64,000 nucleotides of DNA from the human T2T-CHM13v2.0 reference genome, Homo sapiens, in assembly GCF_009914755.1 (NCBI RefSeq), contig NC_060925.1. One strand, given 5' to 3'. The position numbers and the translations under genes were made by a program. Below, in pieces: positions 18,253 through 40,515 of the stretch (position 1 is its first letter; every line of letters begins with the position of its first letter). Below the pieces are notes generated by a model that was given only the letters and a program-made list of their open reading frames with translations, had not been told where the DNA came from and did not search any database.

Positions 18253-19612
18253 TCAGTCTGGTTGAGTTATGCCCTTTGTGTTTGGTGCGCAGCTGTCTTC
18301 TTGAGATCACACTTCACTGTTGCCCTGGGAATTCCTTTTGTCTTTGTTCTATAATCTTATTTCTTTTTAAAAAATTTTCAGAATCTTCATGAGAATAGGG
18401 TACCTGGGGAGCAAATTTTATATATATATATATATAAAATATATAATATATGTATATATTAGAAAATGTATTTATCAACAAACTTAAAATGATAGTTTAG
18501 CTCTTTCTGTGGTGGAAATAATTTTTCTTCAGAAATTCGAAAGCATCACTCCATTTTTAAAATAGCTGTATTGACGTTTAATTTACATACCATAAAATTC
18601 ACACGTTTTATTTCCTAAGTGTTATCTTTCATAGCATGCTATTCTTGTTTCACAGATGCAGTATCCTCTCTTAGCTCTCTGAGCATAATTTATTTTGGAG
18701 TTCTTCCTGTACATGCTTATGCTTCCCTCAAATTCCTTTTTGTTTGTTTTGATCTCTGTCTTCCATTTTGGAGGCGTTCATCCAATATCTAGTATTCTTG
18801 ATTACTGTCTATTCAGTGTTAATCTAAAAACACTGAATGCTCTGAAGGCATGGATAGGGTTTGTTGACTCTGAGCCTCATCATAGGGTGATTTCAGAGGG
18901 CTTAGGTTGGGGAATCTACAATGTTAGGATCCTTAGGTCTCTTCTCTTGGCTGGTCAGGTTGTCCAAAGGTGAGTCTTCTAAACTCCTGCCTAAAGGATA
19001 GCAGTGTGGTTGCCTGCATTCTGGAAGCCTAGTTGGGAGTTCTAGCTGGGGGAACTTCTGTATTCAGCATTTAATATGTTAAAGTCATTTAATCTCTTGT
19101 TTTTGGTACAGTCTTGTGCTCTCAACTGTGTCTGGCATCCTTCTTCCAGGGAGCCTCTGTTGTATCTCTTCCAGTTAGTATGCCTGCAGATCTGTGCAAG
19201 GATGAACAAGAGGCAGCTGTTCATCAATGTGAGCTAGACAGAGGATATAGGACTCTACCTGCTTCTCAGACTGCTTTTCTCTTTATTTTTCTGCATCACT
19301 CCCATCCTTTTATCACCAACTTGCTCACTTGCTTTTCATCTTTCAGAATGTTGATATATCCCCTGTTCTGTTCTCCTTCTAGGTTTGTACCTTAAATTTT
19401 TTTTTAAATTCATAGTTACAGTGGAGTTTGAGAAAGGAATGAAATGAAGAATGATAATAGATGCTCATTGTTAATCTGCCATCTTAACCCAGAATCTGTT
19501 ATTAAAGGGCAGGGGCTTTGTCTGGTTTATCTCTAAATTTCAACCCATAAAGGAATCTGTGACATAGCATATACTTAATAAATGTTTGGATGGTTAAGTC
19601 TTATTTTATGTC

Positions 19613-20091
19613 TGTGTTAGTTATCTACCACTGCATATCAAATTATTCCAAAACGTAGTGACTCAAAACAATAAACTATCTCACACATTTTCTATGAGTT
19701 AGGAGTGACTTCGATGGTTCTAGTTCATGAGGCTGCATTCATCTCAAGTCCTTACAGGGCCTGGGGGGATTCACTTCCAGTAGGACTCACTTAATTGGTA
19801 ACAACTTAGTTCTGGAGGCCTCAGTTCCTTGCCATGTGACCTCTCTATAAGGCTGGGTAAGTATCCTCACAACATTGTGGCTGGCTTCCTCCAGAGCAGG
19901 AATTCATGAGAGAGCAAGGCAGAGGATATAATAACATTAAGACCTAGCATTGAAAGTTACATTCTTTTATTTTTATAATACCCTATTGGTTACTCAGATT
20001 ACTTAATGTTCAGTATGGGAAGGGACTGTACAAAGCTGTGAATCCCATATGTCAAGACTCATTGGGGACCATCTCAAAGGCTGGCTACCAC
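19613..20091 (-). mobile_element. MLT1-family LTR
   Basis: tgtgttagttatcta...aaaacaataaa...ggctggctaccaca. Confidence 0.8.
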
Positions 20092-20099
20092 AGTTTCTG

Positions 20100-23880
<3,781 letters not shown>

Positions 23881-23884
23881 TGGC

Positions 23885-24585
<701 letters not shown>

Positions 24586-24597
24586 ATTCTCTGGGGT

Positions 24598-24849
24598 TTA
24601 TTTGAGACGTAGTCTCCATCTGTTGCCCAGGCTGGAGTGCAGTGGCGTGATCTCGGCTCAATGCAACCTCCTCCTCCTGTGTTCAAGTAATTCTCCTGCC
24701 TCAGCCTCCCGAGTATCCAGGATTATACGCGCCTGCCACCACGCCCAGCTAATTTTTGTGTTTTTAGTAGAGACAGGGTTTCACCATGTTGGCCAGGCTG
24801 GTCTCGAACTCCTGACCTCAGGTGATCCACCCGCCTTGGCCTCCCAAAG
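24598..24849 (-). mobile_element. AluS, truncated
   Basis: antisense Alu consensus. Confidence 0.9.
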
Positions 24850-25910
24850 TAAGAAACAGAAATTTGTTTGTCAATTATAAATAAATCTAATAAAAGATAT
24901 ATGAGTTTTAGAGTATATTATAAAACCTTAGTGGAATTTAAATGACCTTAATACATTCAGAGATATACTATGTTTATGAATTGAAATACTATCCCACTGA
25001 TATTTTGAACATTAGTCTATTTTGGTAAATTTCTTTTCCCTAGTTATAGTTATCTAGATACATTTTCCCCTAAACTCCCCTCCTTTCTGTTTTATTTATC
25101 TGAATTCTAGTGGCTGCTCATTAATTTTAATTATATGAGTATAGTACAATTTATCAATCCAGTTTATAATACAAAATATCCAAATATGTTGACACATATT
25201 TAGGTTGTTTCCATTCTTTTTACTCTTACAAATAATGCTACAATAAGGATATGAGCATTCTTATTCATGTCTCCTTTTGGAGACAGGGAATTTCTCTAGA
25301 GTATATATTCCACTATAACAGAAGTGCTGGGTTGAAAATTATATACAGCTTCCAATTTATTATATATTCCACTTCCTTTCCTAAGTGACTTTATCAGTTT
25401 ATATTCCTACAGTCTGAGAGCTTTCATTCTTCCATTGGCTTATTTTCAGCTTGTTACCCTTAAAGTTTTTTCTAATCTTGATTGGTATAAAATGATAGGT
25501 TGATATTGTTTTAGTATATATTTCTCTTTGTCTTCTATGAAACGTTTGCTCATGTCCTTTGCCACTTTTTATTGTTTTATTTTGATTTGTAGGAACTCTA
25601 TACATATTCTAGATACTAAGCATTTGTTAAACATATTGTGTATATCCTCTATCAATCTTTAGCTTTATTTCTTTATTTATGGTGTCTTTTTTCTTATAGT
25701 TTTCATGGTTTATAGTTTTTGTATTGTGCTGAAGAAATTCTTCCTTACCTTTAAGACCATAAAGATATTCTACATTTTTCAATAAATGTTAGTTTTCCTT
25801 TTCATATTTAGTTCTCTGAATAGGAATTTGTTTATGTATATAGTATGAGGTAGGCTTTCAAGCCTGTTCTGTGTGTCTAGCCCCACAGTCTCTTTATTTG
25901 AATAGGATTA

Positions 25911-26243
<333 letters not shown>

Positions 26244-27796
26244 GACTTGTTGTGGCTATTCTTGTTTCATTGTGCTTTCATGTTAATTATAGTATCTTAA
26301 GTTCCAGGGGGAGAGAGGATTACATCCTGTTGATATTTTGACTGAAATTGCGATTGAAGATTAATCTGGGGATAATTTACATGAATAGGGTGTATTATAA
26401 CTCTGTTTATTTGATCTTCTATAGTATCTTTCAATAAAAGAGATACTTATTACTTCCATAGGTCTTATACACCTTTTGTTTAGATTTCATCTCAAATGCC
26501 TTATGTTTTTTGTTGTGATCATAAGTGGTATATGTTTAAATTACATTTTAAGTAGGTTGCTAGTGTATAAGAATATAATTTATTTTTATATGTAGACCTT
26601 AAATCTAGTAACATTGCTGAATTATTAATTCTGTAATTTGTCCATAGATTTTTATTGGGTTTTCTATGCACACAATTAATGTTGTGAAGAGTAATAATTT
26701 TGTTTCTCTCTTTCCAACCTTTTAACTTTTTATTCTCCTAATTTGCTTTGCTATGCTAGCTAGAACTTCCTATAAAATTAAGTTGAATTTACCATGGAGT
26801 TTTTTTTTTCTTTTTTATGTATCTGCCAGGTTGTAATACCATAGAGTTTTGGTAAATAACTTTTACCAGATTAGGGAAGTTCCCTTCTCGTCCTGGTACA
26901 ATAAGAGTATTTGCTTCAGTGCTGAATTTTATCAAATGCTTGCTTTTTGGGGACTGCCATCTATGGAAATGATTATATGCTTATTTCCTGTAACATGTTA
27001 ATGTAGTATATTTTATTGATAGATTTTTAAAATGTTAAATGTAAACATTTTTCAGTAATAGCTAATTTGTGAAAGGGAAGGAAGGAATAAACTACATATA
27101 TATGTAGGTTTATTAAATATTAAGAATTCATCCAAGGGACAGAAAAGCAAACATTTGATCATTGAAACATATTCCTAATTCAAAACTATATTTGCTGATT
27201 TCAACCCATTCTTTCTGAGTTTTTTATTACTAAATTTAATTTTTACCTCAAATGCCCACCTTCCTGTAGAGAAGATGGTCAATAGTAAAATGATTCAGAG
27301 TGTAGTGGAATAAACAGGGAAAAATAGTAGAAGAGGATTAAACAAGAGAAATAACTCTAGCATGTTTGTTTAGTAGTTACAAGTAATTACAACTTTGTGG
27401 TATCTGAAATATTAGTTGTGAAGGCTGGTGTTATAGCAATCCAGTGAATAAATTTTACCTGTAGGATTAAAAGAAAGGCAAAATAAGCATATTATTCACT
27501 TTCTATTTATCTTTCATTTACTTTTTAAAAATTAACCCAGATCAATATGTGCTTAAGAACTTAAACATTATAAACATATAACTTAAATTTGATATGTATC
27601 CTGTCAGCCTTCCTTTTTGTGCACAATAATATTCCAACATTTTTCAGTAGAAGAATATAATATATATATATATTTAAAACTATTATGGATTTGAGTAAGA
27701 TACCCAGAATACTGTTACAATCTTAACAGTCTCTCTTTTTTTTTTAATTAGTTAGAAACTGGAAATATTTCTAAAGTTTATTTGGATGGAAGTTTA

Positions 27797-28303
<507 letters not shown>

Positions 28304-28914
28304 TCATACAGTGGGATATCTTGCAGCTATGAGAAGGAATGATATAGTTTCATATTAGTACATACAAGGCACAGTATAGTGTTTCTAATGTTTTACCATT
28401 TGAGTTCTTTTTTATTAAGAGGGGAAGGGAGTACCTATTTACTTAATTATCATGCACCCACACTGTAACATAGTGTGCAGCAATTAAAGGGTGTACTGAC
28501 ATGAAAAGATCTCTAAGATGTATTGTTAATTTTTAAAATCATGATAAAATGAGTCATAGAACAGTTATCTGATTTCATCTAAAAAGTTATTCCTACATTT
28601 TTATCTTTGTAAATTAGTATTTTTGTTTTTTTAATCACCTTTCTGACAAATCTAAGTGCATATTAAAAGGAGAGGATGTATACATACCTAAGTACTAACA
28701 ATGGTTACTTATTAGAGCTATTTGGAGCGAGGAGGTTCAGACTGGAGAGGGTCTTTACTTTGTATATCTCTGTATTGTTTGAGTTTTTATGATGAAACTT
28801 TATTCATGTATTATTTGTGTAATAAAGAAGTAAAAAACAATATGCACTCAGTACCAAAAAATGAAGTTATAAAGATAAAAATGTTTTCTCGTAGTAAAAA
28901 ATATGTTAAAAAAA

Positions 28915-29530
<616 letters not shown>

Positions 29531-29695
29531 TGAAGAAAATAAAATACCCACAGTAGCCTCACCACCCACATTTATCCAGAGATAACTACTGTTAAAGCTT
29601 TGAAAATATCCTCCCAGAGGTAAGGAACATTTTATGGAGGACATTTAATGCTAAACCAAGGAAAGCAAGAGAAAGATCCCCACATAAAAAGTTTA

Positions 29696-30090
<395 letters not shown>

Positions 30091-30300
30091 TTACTTTTTG
30101 TTGTATCCCCAGTGCCTATATAACACATAATAGCCATTAATAAGTATGTGTCTGAGAAATGAGTGATGGTGATCTGCTAACCATTGGTGAAACTCTTCTA
30201 GTTCCAAAACCCATGGTTAAGAAATCATAGTGGTTGACTGTTAAAAAACCACCCACTGCTCAATAATATTGGACAGATAACCCTAAATATTACTATCTGT

Positions 30301-31001
<701 letters not shown>

Positions 31002-31227
31002 TTACTTACGATGAAAGAGATAGATTATAAAAACTGTAGTATTTGGCCATTTTGTATTTGTGCCTCAGAGGTCAAATTAAAACTGCTTAATTTTGGAAAT
31101 TTGTATGTACATAAATGTGCATAAAGGATCATTTTAACCCTATAGATAGTTATCCTGGAGCCTAAGATGAAGTTTCTGAATTTTTTAGGGAAACATTAAT
31201 TTGTATTGTTTGTGTTTTTCTTCTTAG

Positions 31228-31362
31228 TTTCTGCCACTGCCTTCTACAAAGCACAACCTGTAATTCAGTTCATGTGTGAAGTTCTTGATATTCATAATAT
31301 TGATGAGCAACCAAGACCTCTGACTGATTCTCATCGGGTAAAATTCACCAAAGAGATAAAAG
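31228..31362 (+). CDS. AGO3: Argonaute-3 exon 6 (L1/PAZ start, [45 protein letters not shown])
   Basis: ttcttag acceptor, G|gtgaat donor; 135 nt; phase matches exon 5. Confidence 0.97.
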
Positions 31363-32510
31363 GTGAATTAATTAGCATTTAGCACAACTTAACTATAAAA
31401 TGCATGGATATAACAACCTTTTATTAAAATGTTTTCTTATATAATTAAAATCTATGTAACATAACCAGTAAAACTATACATCAATTATAAAATAAAATAT
31501 TACATTAAATTCATTACTATAACATCTTAGGTGGTATTTGAAAGAAATGCCAAGTAATGGAGTTAGTATCACTACCAGCTAATTTTTTGTTAATACTTTC
31601 CCTTACTAGCTGAAGGGATAAGAATGTCTCATGGGAAAATGCTTTAGTAATACTGTTAAAAGTAGGAAGCTCACTCCAAAAATATTTGTTATATTTTATA
31701 ACTAGAATTATAGAACTAGAACATATTCTAATATAATGACTTCCTTATTTTTCTGAAATGATAGTTATTTATTTTAGTCCTTTAAAAACGTATAAATGTG
31801 GGGCTAGCCTGTTTCATGTGTTGTTCTAGAATTATAGTTATTTAATATAAGTTATAGAGTTGACTGTTGATCTTATCTATTATACTTAGTAACTAAAATT
31901 TGTACAGTGCTGTTGCATCATATGTACATTTAACTCAGATAAATTCATCTCTATGTGGCTGCCCAAAAATAAAAATAAAAATAATTTTAATAGTGTTCTG
32001 AAATCTGTATTTTATATGTATTTAGTCTGATACTCCCTAATCAGAATGAATAGGATAAGTTCTATTTATATTGTTAGATCTTAAATAGCCAGAAATAATT
32101 ATGTTGTTTTTAAGATTTTACCTATTTATTGCAGATAATTTTCAGCTTGTGGTTTGAATGAAGCATTTAAGTTTGTTCACTGAACATCTTTCAGTTCCCC
32201 CAAATCAATTAGAGTAGTTTAATACATTCTGCTTGCTCCAGTAATAATTCATTCTTCGCCATTCAGTAACCAAGAGAGAGATAGTCATTGTAATAAAATA
32301 TTAAAAGGAAGATCCACCCTGCTTTGAAAATAAGCATCCATTTATCTCAAGTTATTTAAATGCCAAAGTAAGAAACTGTTTATGTAACTGTTTTGCAACC
32401 ATACCATTGTCCTTTCATGATCTGTATTAACTGCACAGCTAGCATTGTCAGGAGGTTAGTGCATTACCTACCATTAATATGTGATCATCTAAATGCCATG
32501 GTTTCCAGTG

Positions 32511-32585
32511 GAGTTGCTGCTTAGTTACCACCTCTGATATCATGAAGTCACTTACATTATTTTGCGGTAACTATGCAATCAACTC
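32511..32585 (+). other. Imperfect inverted repeat / RNA stem-loop (18 Watson-Crick pairs)
   Basis: gagttgctgcttagttaccac (32511-32531) pairs with gcggtaactatgcaatcaactc (32564-32585). Confidence 0.7.
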
Positions 32586-32605
32586 ATATCACCACTCTAT
32601 CACAG

Positions 32606-32745
32606 AAAATACAAGATGTACAGAACAAGGATTCAACTGCTGCCCGAAGAGCATGGACTCGATCTTAACTTCAACTGCTCAGGGGCCCAAAGAAATGACT
32701 GAAAAAATGACTAGAAAGCATAATAAAGTTGATGTTATAGTGAAG
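32606..32745 (+). other. Candidate alternative (poison or terminal) exon in AGO3 intron 6
   Basis: atcacag acceptor, AAG|gtaaag donor; open in the frame of exon 6 for 47 codons; no recognisable repeat. Confidence 0.5.
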
Positions 32746-33844
32746 GTAAAGCCAAGTTTATAGGTTAAATATTTATTAAAGCCAAAAGTGTTTTTTTGGT
32801 TGGATGGAGGGTTTGGGGAGGGACCTGGGCAGAGAATTATCTAGTCCACTTTTTAAAAATTTCAACTTTTTGCTAGCACCTAGATTTTGGTCTAATTCTT
32901 AGGTATTTATGATCCTAGTTTGGGGGTGGAAAAATCTGGGTGGGATCCAATTGACAAACTGATTATTTTTTTCTTCATTCCAAGTAAAATAGGGCTTTTT
33001 TTTTTTTTAAAGAAGGCTCTTTAAAGTACATCATGTATTCCTACTACAGTAACCCAAGAGAATAAGAGTTTTGTGTTCTCTCCTGTATCTATGGGTTTTT
33101 TAGCTGGTATGAAGAATTTGATGCTAGCTGTTAAATAATGACACAAAGTGTGCAATAAAGAATAGATTTTCTTAGTATATTCATCTTTTTCCAGTTGAAC
33201 TTGTACCTAAATATTTAATAATAACTTTGGAGTGGTTTCTTTATCCAGTAACTCGTGATAGTTAAACAGCAGAAATACTGGGAAAATGTATAAGTACCAT
33301 ATATATATATCTATATATGTGCCAACTTATTTTTAGTAAAAGCTTTATAGGCTTGGAGAACCTTATTAATATTTTTTTAATTCAAGGGGAAGAGTTGAAA
33401 ATAAATTGCTAAGTGGTGCAAATAACAGAAATTTGTTTTAGACTTTTCTATTGTGTTCTCCCCTGAACATAATATTTTTACGTCTTGTTTCTTCATATTA
33501 TTAGTATTTCCTTCTTTTAAGATCCTCCTTCGATAGTATTTTATTTTCTAGTCTCCTTTATAATATAAAGACATAGTAATTCTCTAGTTGATCTGACATT
33601 TTTGTCTTATAAAGGTAGTTGTAATGAAAAATTACTACTCACTGATTCAAGGAGGAGCACTTCCAAAGAAAAACAAACCCATACCAATCTGGTACAGGGA
33701 TGGATACCGTGTCCATTTAACATCTTAATTTGTTCTGATCTATCAGAAGAAAATATCATTTATATGATTGAGCTTTGTGTTTGGTACTAATTTTCTTACC
33801 TAATTGCAGGTAGCAGTTAGGTAAGAAAATAAATTTTACCATAG

Positions 33845-34061
33845 CAGGCATTCTCAACCTTAGCAGCATTGACATTTTGGGCTGGATAATTCTTTGTTGG
33901 GATAGGGGTAGGGCTGTTCTCTGCATTACAGGATATTTCATACTATCCCTGGCCTCTACTCAATAGAAAGCAGTAGCATCTCTAGTCATGCCTATCAGTT
34001 TGTCTCCAGACATTGCCAAATGTCCCCTGGGGGACAGATTGCCCTCTGGCTAAGAACCACT
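33845..34061. mobile_element. MER20 (hAT-Charlie)
   Basis: attgacattttgggctggataattctttgtt...tctccagacattgccaaatgtcccctgggg...gaaccactg. Confidence 0.85.
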
Positions 34062-34249
34062 GCAGTATAGGAATCACAAATATGAAAGAGAAATATGACA
34101 AAGAGTAATAACCATAAGTATTATCAGGGAACTAAAAGTTGTTCTCCATCTACCCCATTTTGGACTTTATCCCTTGGAGTCTAGGCCAAACTTTAGAAAG
34201 GAGTTGCTTATCTGTGACCTCTGTGTACCTGTTAACTCTTCTCTAGGCT

Positions 34250-34730
34250 AAGACTGCACTAACCACATGTAGCTACTTAAATTTAAATTAATTAAAATAA
34301 AGGCCGGGCGTGGTGGCTCACGCCTGTAATCTCAACACTTTGGGAGGCCAAGGTGGGTGGTTCACCTGAGGTCTGGAGTTCAAGACCAGCCTGGCCAACA
34401 TGGCGAAACCCCATCTCTACTAAAAATATAAAAATTAACTGGGCATAGTGGCGGGTACTGTAATCCCAGCTACTTGGGAGGCTGAGGCAGGAGAATCACA
34501 TTAACCCTGGAGACAGAGGTTGCAGTGAGCCAAGATTGCATCATTGCACTCTGACCTGGGCAACAAGAGCAAAAAACTAAAAAAAAAAAACCTAAATAAA
34601 ATTAAATTTTCAGTTTCTTAGGTACACCAGCTACATTTCTTATGCTTAGTAACATGTTATTAGTGATTACCATATTAGCATAAATGTAGAACATTCCATC
34701 ACCTCAAGAAAATTCTCTTTGACAGCACTG
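34250..34730. mobile_element. MER3/MER33-like hAT relic split by AluS (34302-34590, +)
   Basis: ccacatgtagctact...tagaacattccatcac...gacagcactg. Confidence 0.75.
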
Positions 34731-35551
34731 CTTCAGAAAATTCATCTCGAAGAACTTCAGCCAACAGCTTAAAGCCCATTTCTTCACATTCTAGAGCAGG
34801 CCTGGGATCCTTGAACCCCTAGAGTCCACAGATGGACGGCAGGGATCCAAGAACTCCTAAAATCATGTGCTAAATTATGTATATGTGCATTTTGCTGAGA
34901 GTTTATTGCTTACATCAGATTCTCAAAGGGATCTTGACTCCATAAGAGGGTAGGGATCACCTACTTTAGGAATTATTTTGGTTACATTTGATTTTTAATA
35001 GTATTGGAAAAGAGCTGTGTCACTATATTATACCTCTATAAAAGTGTCACTTTGCTTCTGTTAAAAATGCCTGGAATTTTTTTCTCCTGCTTTATAAATC
35101 TTTAAAGGACTTCTTTCTTGAGCTTTACAAAATTCTGATCTTCAAGCAGTATGTGATGACTGGGCTAGGTAAATATCACATAATTTGAAATTATGGAATA
35201 CCTTGAGAATTATTGGATCTCCTCTTTCATTCCTCCTTCCCTCTCCCAGCATAAATACCTGAATTTATTATAAACAGGATTTTTTATTAATGGAAGATTT
35301 TGGCCCTTGATCTATGGGCTTTGCAAATTTTATGATTTTATTTTTTAATGTGTAGAGCTTGATGGGGTAAGGAAAAATTTTGCCATTAGGTCTGTCATGA
35401 CTGTGACCATTATTAGCAATGTTATATGTAAAATCTGGTGTTTATATCATCTTGCCTGTATCACAGAATTTTTTGTCTGTTCAGAATTGAGTTTTTATGG
35501 TAATGAACAGGCTTTATAAGTATAAATATTTTACATGTGACAGTTCTGTAA

Positions 35552-35665
<114 letters not shown>

Positions 35666-35783
35666 TAAGAAAAGTTTGTCAGAGCAGCGATGGTGTGAGG
35701 CAGCTTGCTCTAGTTAGTGGGGTTGGGAGTTTTTCTGGCTCATAATGGGCAAGAATTGTTCATGTGTACTTTTTTTTCCTCAG

Positions 35784-35931
35784 CTTTCCTTTACAGTTAG
35801 AAAACGGCCAAACTGTGGAGAGAACAGTAGCGCAGTATTTCAGAGAAAAGTATACTCTTCAGCTGAAGTACCCGCACCTTCCCTGTCTGCAAGTCGGGCA
35901 GGAACAGAAACACACCTACCTGCCACTAGAA
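35784..35931 (+). CDS. AGO3: Argonaute-3 exon 8 ([52 protein letters not shown])
   Basis: ttcctcag acceptor, GAA|gtaatg donor; 148 nt; overlaps ORF 35764..35952. Confidence 0.97.
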
Positions 35932-36361
35932 GTAATGCCTTCACACTGCTAATTAATACCCTGTTGTTCATGATTCTTTTGGGGTCTTTTATGGCCGATA
36001 ACTTACCTCATACAGAACATTTATTTTGGAATATGAACTGTTTTTAAGTTTTAATTTATTCTAAATTTTCTGTAATGAAATAACACGAAACAAGTTCATC
36101 CATAATCCTACCACTCTAATGTAACCACTGTTAACATTTTGGTATACTATACTTCTTTCAGTCTTCATCTGGTGTACATTTTACTTAATTATACTTAATT
36201 ACTGTAGAGCTGTCTTGTTTACTACTTTTTTACTTAACATATTGAAAATAAGTGGTTTAATGAAGTTGATTTTAAATTTTTATTTACATGTAATTGGCAC
36301 TAAGTAAGAGCTAAAAAAAAAAGATATATACATGTAGTACAAAACTTTTTTCCATTTGTAG

Positions 36362-36490
<129 letters not shown>

Positions 36491-36695
36491 TAACCTTAGA
36501 AATGAGAATTTAAAACATATTAGGGTGAACTGTAATACTAGAGAACCATGTCCTTATCAACCCATACCTTATGACCATTTCATGGACTGTCAGAATTAAA
36601 AGCAATCATGGAAGTAATCTAATGTTCTTGATACAAGCCTTGGTGGGCTATATGAGAAGGGTTAGGTCCTTCTCATTTAACCCTGAGCTTTTTAA

Positions 36696-37123
<428 letters not shown>

Positions 37124-37206
37124 AATACTAAAATTCTTAACACTCAGTCTAAGATTGCTTAGTCCCCAGTATCACAGTGGCAGCTGTACAGTCTGAATAA
37201 AGAAAT

Positions 37207-37885
<679 letters not shown>

Positions 37886-38459
37886 TTAACCACGTAAGGT
37901 CTCTGTGCTGTCTCATTGTTCTAAATGAGGGGAAGGAAGGCGTTACCAATACCGCTTTATAAAACTCATAGAGTAAGGCAAAACTCAAGATTAAAGGGCA
38001 TCTGAATCTTATCTGGCTCTGTTCTCGAATACCATTTTAACTGCCCAAGCAAAGAGAAAAAAATCTGGAAATATGAATATTTCCCAAAACAACTTAATAA
38101 TACTTCCAAAAGCAATTTTAAAGATTATTGAAAATAGGGATGCAAAACTGGCTCTTTTAATTTATTTTTTAACCTTAGTAATTTCACCTTTGGCAAAAAC
38201 TGGCTCTTTTATTTGGTAAGCCAACTGCAGAAAAAATACTTTTTTTTTTCCTTATTGACTCTTCTGTAAAGAGTCAAAGAAAGTTATTACATGATATTTA
38301 ATTAGGAAAATATATGCTGGTTTTCATCTTGGATTTTTCTCTGATTCTACTATAAGATTTTAAAAACTCTCAAAATCAGAGACTAAGACCTCTTACTTTG
38401 TCTATAAAAGTCTCAATAACTCACTGTTCTAATTCATTTATTACAGCTTAACTGTTCAG

Positions 38460-38830
38460 AAAGTATCATATGGTAGTTTAAAAAAAATAAAACAGACTTT
38501 GGAGTCTAACAACCCTGGGTTGGAAGTCTGGCTTCTCCACTTACTTACTGTTACTGTTACTATTATTATATTTATAGTATCTGGAAAGATAATGCAGTGA
38601 TTAAGAGTAGACACTCTAGAATCAGAATATACATGGTTTCACATTCTGTCTACATCACTTACTTAGCTGTGCGGTTTTTGGCAATCATTTTACTTTACTG
38701 AGCTTTAGTTGTATCCTCTGTAAAATACAGATTATAAAAGAACTGTTTTTGTAGCTATAAAATACTTGTGAAAATGTATCATTAAGCACTTAGCACCAAG
38801 TACATCATGCAGCAAGTCATAGTATATTAG
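38460..38830. mobile_element. MIR fragments
   Basis: cagactttggagtc; ctgagctttagttgtatcctctgtaaaat; aagcacttagcac. Confidence 0.65.
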
Positions 38831-38949
38831 TTGTTATAGTATAGTCGTCATTATTCGCTGTAACCTTATTACAGGATACACTGAAGTACAGAAATGCATG
38901 GCAAATAAGATTGAAAGAGATGCCCCATTGGTGCCTAATTTAGAAAATG

Positions 38950-40260
<1,311 letters not shown>

Positions 40261-40515
40261 AAAATGTATTATTCAACCTAATGCATACATACAAATTTTG
40301 TATAAATTACCAGGAGGTCACAGAATTTCTGCAGTCCATTCATGACCCATGGTCCCCAGGTTAAGATTCGCTGTTCTGTAGTTAGAGCACCATTGATTAG
40401 ACCTGTTGGAAAATATATTATGGACACAGTGAAGAAAAAAAAGAGGGTTCTAATGCATTAAAGTAGGGGATTTGGGGGAATTTTGAGAGTAACTACAAAC
40501 TTTTTCTATTTTTAG

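Noticed and set aside
32430-32607. H/ACA snoRNA (hairpin plus ACA at 32602-32604)
   Set aside because: No ANANNA H box in the hinge and no convincing first hairpin; the ACA is part of the acceptor.
32542-32763. Stand-alone 73-aa ORF
   Set aside because: No promoter context; better explained as the open frame of the candidate exon from 32606.
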